64,000 bases of DNA, from NCBI GenBank assembly GCA_963422265.1, contig OY729416.1:480001-544000 (forward strand). Direction: 5' to 3'. Both the position numbers and the translations under genes were made by a program. Shown here piece by piece: positions 11,823-21,078 of the stretch. This DNA is from Thermodesulfobacteriota bacterium (GTDB lineage Bacteria; Desulfobacterota_D; UBA1144; Nemesobacterales; UBA2774). Every line of letters begins with the position of its first letter. Within the stretch, counting starts at the first letter, position 1. The notes under the pieces were generated by a model. It did not search any database and was not told the DNA's origin. It saw only the letters and a program-made list of their open reading frames with translations.

Positions 11823-12710
11823 ATGGATCAGTTTCTTGATTCTTTTCTTTCATACCTTGCCATAGAGAAAGGGCTTTCCAAAAATACCATTGAGTCTTAT
11901 GGAAGAGATTTAAGGAAATTTATTCGGTTTGTCAATAAAAGCGGCGACTCTTCCATAAAGGATGTTAAGTATAGCCAGATACTGGATTTCTTAGCCTTCT
12001 TGAAGGAAAATGGATTTAGCTCTACTACAATCGTCAGAAGCGTAGTATCTATAAAGCAGTTCTTTAAGTATCTTCAGTTTGATAAAGCGTTGGCTCAGGA
12101 TCCTACAAAGCATATCACCACCCCCAGAATGAAAAAGAGCATTCCCAAGATCATATCACTGGATGAGGTTGAAAAAATACTCTCAGCCCCTGATGAATCT
12201 ACGCCAGAGGGAATTAGGGACTCCGCCATGCTTGAGGTTTTATACGCTACGGGAGTAAGGGTATCTGAGCTTATAAACTTGAAACTTAATGATGTGAACT
12301 TTGAGCTTGGATTCGCGTTAGCTTATGGTAAGGGATCGAAAGAAAGAGTAATTCCTATGGGGGAGAAGGCGCTAAACAGATTAAAAAATTATATATGCGC
12401 TTCAAGGCCCCTCCTTCTAAAGGAGAGAGAATCTAAAGCGCTTTTTGTAACTAGACGTGGGGGAGGAATGACCAGACAGGGTTTTTGGAAGCTGATTAAG
12501 AGCTACTCCGCAAAATCAGGGTTAAGTAAGAAAATAAGTCCTCACATTATCAGACACTCTTTCGCTACGCACCTTCTTGAACGGGGTGCTGACCTTAGAG
12601 CAATACAGATAATGCTCGGGCACTCAGACATATCAACAACGCAGATTTATACACATGTAGAAACGGAGAGATTAAAGGAAGTTCACAAACAATATCACCC
12701 CAGATCATAG
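11823..12710 (+). CDS. xerD: Tyrosine recombinase XerD
   Basis: LYATGVRVSEL, GKGSKER, TRQGFWK, HIIRHSFATHLL and LGHSDISTTQIYTHV; core-gene context. Confidence 0.92.
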   Translation: MDQFLDSFLSYLAIEKGLSKNTIESYGRDLRKFIRFVNKSGDSSIKDVKYSQILDFLAFLKENGFSSTTIVRSVVSIKQFFKYLQFDKALAQDPTKHITTPRMKKSIPKIISLDEVEKILSAPDESTPEGIRDSAMLEVLYATGVRVSELINLKLNDVNFELGFALAYGKGSKERVIPMGEKALNRLKNYICASRPLLLKERESKALFVTRRGGGMTRQGFWKLIKSYSAKSGLSKKISPHIIRHSFATHLLERGADLRAIQIMLGHSDISTTQIYTHVETERLKEVHKQYHPRS

Positions 12711-12746
12711 TATTATTTTGGTTTCAACACGCACAACGCTTCTCAA

Positions 12747-13427
12747 ATGGACTTTTTCAAAAACATTGATCTAATCTTGATTCAAGCTCCGGTAATATTG
12801 TTTTCGCTAACCGTGCACGAGTACTTCCATGCCTATACGGCAAACAGGCTGGGTGACCCCACAGCTGAAGAGAGAGGCAGACTCACGCTAAATCCGATTG
12901 CCCATTTGGATATATTTGGTACTGTGCTTATGTTCTTCGTGGGATTCGGTTGGGCAAAGCCCGTCCCGATCAATCCCATGAACTTTAAGGAGCCTAAAAA
13001 AGGGACGCTCCTCGTCGCTATCGCAGGTCCGATCTCTAATCTGGCAACTGCTATTGTAGCGGGGCTTCTACTACAAACCCTCATTCCAGAGATTGTGAGC
13101 GGTAATCTAAGCCAAGAGGGAGTTTACGGTATAGTTACTATCATACTAATACTTATGCTTGTTTATGGGATAGTTCTCGCGGTATTTAACATGATTCCGG
13201 TGCCGCCACTTGACGGTTCCAGGGTTGTTTACGCCCTATTGCCTGACAGCCAAGCGCAAGTTTACGGAAGATTTGAGCCTTATGGTGTTATGTTTTTATT
13301 TGCCCTTTTTATCTTCGGTGGGGGAATTTTCAAGTATATGTTTTATCCTGTCTCGCTGCTCACGGAAATGCTTTCAGGTTACAGCTACGGAACCCTCTGG
13401 AGCATAGTAGAATTAATAATGAGATGA
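12747..13427 (+). CDS. Site-2 protease (M50 family)
   Basis: HEYFH metal motif, GWAKPVP, AGPISN, FNMIPVPPLDG; hydrophobic. Confidence 0.92.
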   Translation: MDFFKNIDLILIQAPVILFSLTVHEYFHAYTANRLGDPTAEERGRLTLNPIAHLDIFGTVLMFFVGFGWAKPVPINPMNFKEPKKGTLLVAIAGPISNLATAIVAGLLLQTLIPEIVSGNLSQEGVYGIVTIILILMLVYGIVLAVFNMIPVPPLDGSRVVYALLPDSQAQVYGRFEPYGVMFLFALFIFGGGIFKYMFYPVSLLTEMLSGYSYGTLWSIVELIMR

Positions 13428-14179
13428 GCAAGCCAACTCAACTGCTAGAATACTCACAAAAATCTGAGCCTTGCTTAATTAAAGTTCAACTATTTGAAGG
13501 TCCCCTCGACTTTTTACTCCACTTAATTAAAAAGAATGAAATTGACATAAACGATATACCCGTTGCTGCTATAACGGAGCAATACATTGATTACCTTGAG
13601 CTTATGAAAGAGATGAACTTGGAAATTGCAGGAGGGTATTTGGTTATCGCCGCCGACCTGAGTTTGATTAAATCAAAGATGCTTCTCCCCAAACCGATCA
13701 TTGAAGAAAATGAGATTGATCCGAGGTCGGATCTTGTAAAAAGATTGATCCAGTACCAGATATATAAAGACGCGGCGTCTGATTTGGTAAACCGTCATAT
13801 CCTTGGAAGAGACGTATTTAAGAGAGAAGCTGATGAGTCAGACCCTTTGATGGAAGAAGTCGAAATTGGACGCGTAGATCTGTGGGGGTTAATCGAAGCC
13901 TTCCGCGATTTTTATAAACGAAGGAGCTACGTTTGGGCTGAAGGGATTGTTTATGAAGCCGAGCATATAAAAATTGAAGATAAAATGCAGGAGGTGCTTG
14001 AAGAATTGGGAAGAAGACAAATACTTAGTCTTAAAGAATTTCTAATGGAATGCTCTTCTAAACTCGACCTCGTAATCACTTTTCTCTCTTTGCTTGAACT
14101 CATAAGAATGCAAACTATTCACATAGTTCAGCAGTTGCCTGACTCATCAATCCTCGTAAGATATTTAGGAGAAAGCTGA
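13424..14179 (+). CDS. scpA: Segregation and condensation protein A
   Basis: FEGPLDFLLHLI, IKSKMLLP, ITFLSLLEL. Confidence 0.95.
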   Translation: MSKPTQLLEYSQKSEPCLIKVQLFEGPLDFLLHLIKKNEIDINDIPVAAITEQYIDYLELMKEMNLEIAGGYLVIAADLSLIKSKMLLPKPIIEENEIDPRSDLVKRLIQYQIYKDAASDLVNRHILGRDVFKREADESDPLMEEVEIGRVDLWGLIEAFRDFYKRRSYVWAEGIVYEAEHIKIEDKMQEVLEELGRRQILSLKEFLMECSSKLDLVITFLSLLELIRMQTIHIVQQLPDSSILVRYLGES

Positions 14180-14180
14180 T

Positions 14181-14747
14181 TTGAAACACTTTGACCTTAA
14201 AAAGGCGATAGAAAGTATTATTTTCATCTCTCGGCAGCCCGTAACCGTGGATAAGCTAGCGCAGGTTTTTCCTAACACTGAGAAGACAGATATAAGAAAC
14301 TGCCTAACAGAGCTTGTGAAGGAATGGGGGGACTTGGGAAGGGGCTTTCATCTAGCTCGGATCTCAGATGGTTATCAGTTCCGAACGTGCGCAGAGCAAA
14401 GCGAGCATATATCTAACTTTAACAAAAAAGTTAAAAGGTTTCGTTTGAGTAAGGCTGCTCTTGAGGTAATAGCCATCATTGCTTATAAGCAACCAATAAC
14501 TAGGTTGGAGGTTGAGAGCATACGCGGGGTTGATTCCTCGGGAATAATAAACGCCCTTTTAGAAAAGAGAATAATAGAGATTAAGGGAAGAAAGGAGGTA
14601 ATTGGCAAGCCGTTTATTTACGGTACGACAAAAGAATTTCTCGAAGTCTTTGGTCTCATTGGTCTGGGAGATCTCCCGACTTTGAAGGAAATAGAAGACA
14701 TTAGCAAAAACCTTGAGCCTCGAATCCCTACGGCTTATGAAGATTAG
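14181..14747 (+). CDS. scpB: SMC-Scp complex subunit ScpB (TTG start)
   Basis: LSKAALEVIAIIAYKQPITR, IRGVDS, YGTTKEFL. Confidence 0.95.
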   Translation: MKHFDLKKAIESIIFISRQPVTVDKLAQVFPNTEKTDIRNCLTELVKEWGDLGRGFHLARISDGYQFRTCAEQSEHISNFNKKVKRFRLSKAALEVIAIIAYKQPITRLEVESIRGVDSSGIINALLEKRIIEIKGRKEVIGKPFIYGTTKEFLEVFGLIGLGDLPTLKEIEDISKNLEPRIPTAYED

Positions 14748-14899
14748 ATTCTTTGACTCTGCACAATTTGACTTTTGTTCACTTTTCTATCATGTTTTAT
14801 ATGGATTCACATCGTCCTATAAACTGTAGTATGAGGTTTGTAATCAAGCATATATCTTGCATCAAGTCAGGGGTTTTGTAAGCGGAGGGGGGGATTGAT

Positions 14900-15439
14900 A
14901 TGAGCCTTTCTTCTCAAATATCTGAAGTTAGTATTGTAATGGGTTCTCAGTCTGATTGGCAAACTATGAAAGCCACAACGGAGATTTTAGAATCTCTCGA
15001 GATAAGCTACGAGACTAAAATTGTTTCAGCCCATAGAACTCCTGACCGTCTTTATGAATACTCTAAGTCCGCCTGTGAACGCGGCATTAAAGTCATTATA
15101 GCAGGAGCTGGAGGGGCGGCTCATTTACCGGGGATGGTAGCTAGTATGACCGCGCTCCCAGTCCTCGGTGTGCCTATAGAAAGTAGATCTTTAAAAGGTT
15201 TGGATAGCCTGTTATCAATTGCACAAATGCCCGCGGGTGTTCCGGTTGGAACTTTGGCAATTGGCACTGCCGGGGCTAAGAATTCAGCGCTGCTTGCGGC
15301 GGCAATCCTCTCAATATCAGATGATAAACTACGCGATAGACTTGAGCAGTTTAGAAAGAAACAGACGGCTGGAATTGCCGTTAAACCTAGTAGAGACCCA
15401 ACCTCGTCAATTCTGAAAAAGATCTCGAAGCACGCTTAA
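14900..15439 (+). CDS. purE: N5-carboxyaminoimidazole ribonucleotide mutase
   Basis: [23 protein letters not shown] and QMPAGVPV motifs. Confidence 0.97.
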   Translation: MSLSSQISEVSIVMGSQSDWQTMKATTEILESLEISYETKIVSAHRTPDRLYEYSKSACERGIKVIIAGAGGAAHLPGMVASMTALPVLGVPIESRSLKGLDSLLSIAQMPAGVPVGTLAIGTAGAKNSALLAAAILSISDDKLRDRLEQFRKKQTAGIAVKPSRDPTSSILKKISKHA

Positions 15440-15443
15440 CTGC

Positions 15444-16514
15444 ATGAAGTCTCAGGTTAAAACGCTTGGTATATTAGGAGGCGGTCAGCTTGGACGTATG
15501 AGCACGCTTGCAGCGGCTAATCTTGGGATCAGGGTGCATATATACTGTCCGGACGAAGAAAGCCCCGCATCACAAGTAGCTGAAAAAACTTATGTTGGGA
15601 ACTATAGCGACAAGAAAAAACTCAGGGCTTTCGCCAACGGTGTTGACGTTGTTTCTTATGAGTTTGAAAACATACCCGTAGAAACGGTGCGTTTTATAGA
15701 AAACGTAAGACCTGTATTTCCAAATTGTAAACTCCTTGAGATTTCCCAGAACCGCATTACCGAGAAGAGATTCTTAAATAACGTCGGTATTTCTACAGCA
15801 CACTGGACACCCATCAGAAGTGCTGGAGAGTTAGCTGCCGCCGTCCGGAGTGCTGAGAAGCAAGATTTTATACTCAAGACTGCTCGGTTCGGGTACGACG
15901 GCAAGGGTCAGCTTGTTCATAAAGCCGGCAGCGATCCAAAAAAGAACTTTGAAAGACTAAATTCAAAAGAACTAATCCTTGAGGAAAAAGTCAATTTTTC
16001 ACGCGAAATATCGATTATCATCGCACGTGATAAGAACCGAAAATCGGCGCTTTACGGTCCGGTGCTGAACGAGCATAAAAACCACATACTTTCAAAGAGC
16101 ACAATACCTGCCCCGATTGAAGATGAAATTGCGGCTAAGGCACTCAGAGTTACGCGCAAGCTTGCGGAAGCGTTAGATTTAATCGGGGTGCTAGCGCTTG
16201 AAATGTTTGTAACCAAGGATGGGCGTATTCTTGCAAACGAAATTGCCCCTCGCACGCACAACTCTGGGCACTGGACTATTGACGCGTGTTATGTATCTCA
16301 GTTTGAGCAGCACGTGCGCACTGTATGTGGTCTTCCCGTTGGAAACCCCGCTCGGCATTCAAATGCGGTAATGATAAACTTCCTCGGGAGCGACGTTGAT
16401 AAGGTAAATAAATACTACAAAATGAAAGGCTCCTGTATACACTTATACGGCAAGTCTGAAATCAGAAAAGGGCGAAAGATGGGACACATTACTATTTTGA
16501 AGCCTATTAAGTAA
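15444..16514 (+). CDS. purK: N5-carboxyaminoimidazole ribonucleotide synthase
   Basis: GGGQLGRM, GYDGKGQ, NEIAPRTHNSGHWT and RKMGH motifs. Confidence 0.97.
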   Translation: MKSQVKTLGILGGGQLGRMSTLAAANLGIRVHIYCPDEESPASQVAEKTYVGNYSDKKKLRAFANGVDVVSYEFENIPVETVRFIENVRPVFPNCKLLEISQNRITEKRFLNNVGISTAHWTPIRSAGELAAAVRSAEKQDFILKTARFGYDGKGQLVHKAGSDPKKNFERLNSKELILEEKVNFSREISIIIARDKNRKSALYGPVLNEHKNHILSKSTIPAPIEDEIAAKALRVTRKLAEALDLIGVLALEMFVTKDGRILANEIAPRTHNSGHWTIDACYVSQFEQHVRTVCGLPVGNPARHSNAVMINFLGSDVDKVNKYYKMKGSCIHLYGKSEIRKGRKMGHITILKPIK

Positions 16515-16654
16515 GGGGTCTCGTAACTTACTTACCCTACCCTTCTATATTTTTGCCTATCTGTGCTTGAATGTGTATATTCGGTACCAAAAGTGAATAA
16601 TGACTAGAAAAGCTATCCACCACCTACTATTCACGCTATACCAGTACTTAGATT

Positions 16655-19255
16655 ATGCGAAAACAGTCGCTTTTTGATTCATTAAAAGAGTCCTCTCTTA
16701 ATTGGCGTAAGGGTGGATATAGTTGTGATAATTATCCTCTGATTAGCGAAGTTCTCACCTACCAGATGGAGACGCAGGGGGATAATCCGAGCCTGAGGTT
16801 TCTGCGCGAGCCGCAGTTTCTCGCGCTTGAAGTGTATTGGTATGTTCGTCTCAAACTGAATACCCCTCGTATCATAGACCTTTACAAGCTCTACTACGGG
16901 GACGATAAGAGAAATTTTTTTGAGATTCTCGGCGTTCCCATATCTAGGGATGCGTTAGAATGGGCGACCATAGAGGCCGTTATCAAAAAAATCAAAAGCG
17001 ATCCCGATTTTGTCTCTGAAAAGAAAATTCAGGCATTGCACGAGGCGGCAATGTTGGACTATCCAAGTTACATCCTCGCCTTGGCAATGGGTGCCGGCAA
17101 AACCGTGCTAATCGGGACTATTATAGCCATAGAATTTGCCCTGTCTCTGCGCTACCCCAAGGGATACTTCATGAAAAACGCCCTGGTTTTCGCTCCCGGT
17201 ACGACGATCATAGAATCCTTGCGTGAACTCAGCAATATGCCTTATGAAAACATTCTACCACCCGATCTCTATCGAGATTTTCTTGCCAACCTGAAAATTG
17301 AGTACCCGAGCAAAGAGAAAGATATACAGGCACAAAGGGGGAGCATCTATAACCTAATAGTGACAAATACGGAGAAGATCAGCCTGCGCGCTAATAGGAG
17401 AAGAAATCAGCAACAGGAAGCATTTGAGCGTGAGGAACTGCGAGCCAACCTGAGGTTGCAAAAGATTACCAGCCTGCCCAATCTTGGTGTCTTTTCAGAT
17501 GAAGCTCATCACACTTACGGCAACACTTTCGACAAACTGAAACGGGTACGGCAAACAATAAATTATATCCACAAGGAAACGCCTATTGTAGCGGTGATCA
17601 ACATGACTGGGACGCCTTACTACAAAAAGCAAATCTTGAAAGAGGTAGTTGTCTGGTATGGGCTGGGAGATGGCATTAAAGATAATATACTTAAAGACCT
17701 AGTAGATGGGATTCATCAATATGATATTGGAGAACAATCAGAACAGGGTGTGTTCAGGGACATTATCAAGGAATTTTTTGCCCATTATGGCGATGTTTCA
17801 CTCCCTGATGGTTCACAAGCTAAGATTGCCTTTTATTTCAAGACGCAGGAACATCTGAATAATTCCCGTCTTTTGATTGAACAAGCAATGACAGAGATAG
17901 GAGAAAATGTAGCTCAGATATTAATCAATACGCAACAATCAAGCGCAACCGAGATTGGTGAGTTTAAGCGTCTTAACAACCCCAACAATCAAAAACGGGT
18001 TATTCTGCTGATTGGCAAGGGCGTGGAAGGATGGAACTGCCCGAGTCTATTTGCCTGCGCGCTCATCAAGAAGCAGACCACTAGCAATAACTATGTATTA
18101 CAGGCATCTACCCGATGCCTACGACAAGTGCCAGGAAATAGGCATTCAGCGAAGGTCTTTCTCGATTATAGCAATGCTAAGATTTTGGACAAGGAACTAC
18201 AAGATAACTTTGGCACCAGCCTTGACCGCCTTAGTGCCGGGACGAAGGATAAACAGACCATAACCTTGCGCATTATGAAAACGCAATTACCAAAGCTGGA
18301 AATTACGCGGACGGTTAGGCGTGCCGTGCGAACTGAAGCGGTGCATGGTGAAATCAAGCTGGAAAGGCCGCAACCACAGGAAAGTCCTGCAATACTGCGA
18401 AATATCTTGACGCTAGACTTCAGAGGCCCCAGAGAAATACTGATGCCCACGGGCGATACGAAAGAACTGCCTACTGGCGAACAAATGACAAACTGCCATA
18501 CTGCTGCTTGGAAAATCGCCACGAGATACCATCTCCCGGTCATGCCGATTTTGAGAAAACTCCGTTTCTTATATCCTGATGCCGAAATGCCGAATAACCA
18601 TTTATACGGACTGCACCGGCAGGTTGAAAAACAGCAGACAAACTACGAGACAGTTGAAGAAAAAATAACCGAAGTGATGGCGTTGATCAGACTTCAGGAT
18701 GAAAATGGGGAAGACGTCTTTGAAAAAAATGAGGACGACATTTATGTTCACCATTTGCGTTTGCTAAAGAGGACTTATGAAAGAATGGAACAGGATGGAT
18801 TGTTTGCTAATAGTAAAGACTATCAAGACAAGCATGATCTGAGCTTTCATTATACGCCCTATAGTTTTGATAGCGAACCGGAGCGTTCCTTCTTTCATCA
18901 AATTTTATCAAGCCTCAACACCAACCCCGACGACGTGGAGACGTTTCTATTTACAGGTGGATTAACCGATCCTAAGAAGACTGATTTTCATTTTGAATAT
19001 TTGGGTGAGGATAAACGGTATCATCGCTACTTCCCCGATTTTGTGATTGTGAAAAAGACAGGTGAGTTTTACATCGTCGAAGTCAAGGCTGAGAGAGATC
19101 TAAGGGATAAAACAGTGGAAGCGAAGAAAAAGGCGGTGGAAAGATTGCAAAAAATGCAGCCTGATAAGTTCAAGTATAGTGTTGTCTATGCATCTACGAC
19201 TTCTATAAACACAACAGAAATCAAGCCGGTTTTGGATTGGGCGAAAAACACATGA
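16655..19255 (+). CDS. res: Type III-like restriction subunit (SF2 helicase + C-terminal PD-(D/E)XK nuclease)
   Basis: Walker A MGAGKT, DEAHH, TGTP, EGWNCP; nuclease motif YFPDFVI...IVEVK. Confidence 0.88.
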   Translation: MRKQSLFDSLKESSLNWRKGGYSCDNYPLISEVLTYQMETQGDNPSLRFLREPQFLALEVYWYVRLKLNTPRIIDLYKLYYGDDKRNFFEILGVPISRDALEWATIEAVIKKIKSDPDFVSEKKIQALHEAAMLDYPSYILALAMGAGKTVLIGTIIAIEFALSLRYPKGYFMKNALVFAPGTTIIESLRELSNMPYENILPPDLYRDFLANLKIEYPSKEKDIQAQRGSIYNLIVTNTEKISLRANRRRNQQQEAFEREELRANLRLQKITSLPNLGVFSDEAHHTYGNTFDKLKRVRQTINYIHKETPIVAVINMTGTPYYKKQILKEVVVWYGLGDGIKDNILKDLVDGIHQYDIGEQSEQGVFRDIIKEFFAHYGDVSLPDGSQAKIAFYFKTQEHLNNSRLLIEQAMTEIGENVAQILINTQQSSATEIGEFKRLNNPNNQKRVILLIGKGVEGWNCPSLFACALIKKQTTSNNYVLQASTRCLRQVPGNRHSAKVFLDYSNAKILDKELQDNFGTSLDRLSAGTKDKQTITLRIMKTQLPKLEITRTVRRAVRTEAVHGEIKLERPQPQESPAILRNILTLDFRGPREILMPTGDTKELPTGEQMTNCHTAAWKIATRYHLPVMPILRKLRFLYPDAEMPNNHLYGLHRQVEKQQTNYETVEEKITEVMALIRLQDENGEDVFEKNEDDIYVHHLRLLKRTYERMEQDGLFANSKDYQDKHDLSFHYTPYSFDSEPERSFFHQILSSLNTNPDDVETFLFTGGLTDPKKTDFHFEYLGEDKRYHRYFPDFVIVKKTGEFYIVEVKAERDLRDKTVEAKKKAVERLQKMQPDKFKYSVVYASTTSINTTEIKPVLDWAKNT

Positions 19256-21078
19256 AACTTGTAAAGCTTCATGTGGAAGGTTTTAGAGGTTTTGCTGAAA
19301 AGACCACTGTAAAATTTGATGATCTTACGGTATTTGTGGGGAAGAACGATGCAGGCAAGTCTTCGATTCTTGATGCTTTAAACATTTTCTTTGAAGCAGG
19401 CAAGATAGATATAGGTGATGTGAACACTGGACACCAAAATACCAGCTCGTCTTCTGTAGTCATCTCATGCGAATTTACCGACTACCCTGATAAATTGGTT
19501 ATAGATGCCTCAAATGAAATATCACTATATGAAGAATACTTACTGAATTCCGATCAAAATATACACATTAAGAAGGAATACGTTGGCAAGCATTTAACAT
19601 CTCAAGTTTATCTTGTGGCTCATCATCCTAGTAAAGATAATTTAGGAGACCTATTAGAACTTAGTATTAACGACTTGAAAAAACGTGCGCGAGATATTAA
19701 TGTCGATTTATCAGATGTTACTCAAACAATAAAAGCTGAAATACGCCATGCTATATGGAATAAGTGTGACGCGCATGCGTTTTTAAAAGAAAAAGAGATT
19801 CCAATAGATAAAAATGCTAAAGGTGAATTCAAGTCTATTGAAAAGAGTCTTAAAAAGTACATGCCAATATTTGCTTTGTTCAAATCTGATAGGCCAAATC
19901 TGGATCAGGATTCCGAGGCTCAAGACCCTCTAAAATTGGCTGTCAAGGAAATATTGAAAGAAGGAAAACAAGAACTTGATAAGGTTGCTTCTAAGATACG
20001 AGATAAATTACAACAGGTGGCTGATAGGACTGTAGAGAAAATAAAAGAGATGGACCCTGAAATCGCGAAACAACTAACCCCAAAAGTCGGTGAGCCTGCG
20101 TGGGATAAGGTATTCAAAATATCTCTCACAAGTGAAGAAGAAGTTCCAGTGAATAAACGGGGAAGTGGTGTGAGAAGACTGATATTGCTGAATTTCTTTA
20201 GGGTAAAGGCAGAAGAAAAAGCGAATGAGAAAGACGTAATTTATGCTATTGAAGAACCTGAAACATCTCAACACCCAAATCATCAGAAAATGTTAGTTAA
20301 TGCTTTTGAAGATCTTGTGCATCGCGGAAATTGTCAGGTATTTGTGACAACGCATACGCCAATGCTGGCTAGCCTTGTTCCAGATAATTGCCTGCGCTAT
20401 GTAAAAATTGATAACGGGGAGCGAAAGGTCATTGATGAGTTGGGCGACGAAGAAAAGAAAGAAATTGCTATTAGTCTAGGAGTATTGCCTGATAACAATG
20501 TGAAGTTGTTTTTATTTGTTGAAGGGAAAAATGATGAAAACTTTTTGAAAGGAATTGCGAAATTATTTTCCCTCGACCTGCAAGAAAAGGAAAAACGCGG
20601 AGAGTTGATTTTTATCTCTATGGGAGGAGGCAGTAATAGCAATCTGCAATACTGGGCAAATAAACTAGCAGAATTAAATAGGAAAGAGATGTATATCTAT
20701 GACAAGGATAATGATAATTCCCCTGATAGTGGAGAGAATGAAAATATCACTTTATTCCGAACTTGTAAAAGCGAGATGGAAAATTATATACATCCCGATA
20801 CCATCAAGGATGCTTACAAGGAACAGAATATAGAGATAAAAATAGAAGAAAACGAAATTCAAGATAATACTGATGTTCCAGTGTTGATTGCCAAGAAAGT
20901 TTATCAAGTAAGCGAAGGGCAAAAGAATTGGTCTGACATTACTGAGAAAGAAAAAAAACAAAAGGAGTCTAGAGTGAAGAGAATTCTTAATACATCTGCC
21001 GTAGAAAAGATGACTGGAGAACAGTTACGAGAAATAGGAGGATGGGATGAGATTAAAAATACACTGAACGCACGATGA
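19252..21078 (+). CDS. OLD-family ATP-dependent nuclease (ABC-ATPase + TOPRIM)
   Basis: GKNDAGKS, signature RGSGVRR, IEEPETSQHP, TTH; TOPRIM VEGKND and DKD. ATG at 19252 overlaps the res stop (ATGA). Confidence 0.88.
   Translation: MKLVKLHVEGFRGFAEKTTVKFDDLTVFVGKNDAGKSSILDALNIFFEAGKIDIGDVNTGHQNTSSSSVVISCEFTDYPDKLVIDASNEISLYEEYLLNSDQNIHIKKEYVGKHLTSQVYLVAHHPSKDNLGDLLELSINDLKKRARDINVDLSDVTQTIKAEIRHAIWNKCDAHAFLKEKEIPIDKNAKGEFKSIEKSLKKYMPIFALFKSDRPNLDQDSEAQDPLKLAVKEILKEGKQELDKVASKIRDKLQQVADRTVEKIKEMDPEIAKQLTPKVGEPAWDKVFKISLTSEEEVPVNKRGSGVRRLILLNFFRVKAEEKANEKDVIYAIEEPETSQHPNHQKMLVNAFEDLVHRGNCQVFVTTHTPMLASLVPDNCLRYVKIDNGERKVIDELGDEEKKEIAISLGVLPDNNVKLFLFVEGKNDENFLKGIAKLFSLDLQEKEKRGELIFISMGGGSNSNLQYWANKLAELNRKEMYIYDKDNDNSPDSGENENITLFRTCKSEMENYIHPDTIKDAYKEQNIEIKIEENEIQDNTDVPVLIAKKVYQVSEGQKNWSDITEKEKKQKESRVKRILNTSAVEKMTGEQLREIGGWDEIKNTLNAR

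Noticed and set aside
11823-12710. Tyrosine recombinase as the integrase of the defence island
   Set aside because: It has XerD-type motifs and lies in the core metK-ahcY-xerD-scpAB run, about 4 kb from the island
14900-16514. purE-purK as part of the laterally acquired island
   Set aside because: These are ordinary housekeeping genes, and origin cannot be judged without a phylogeny
19252-21078. Gabija system
   Set aside because: The architecture is GajA-like, but no UvrD-type GajB gene is adjacent
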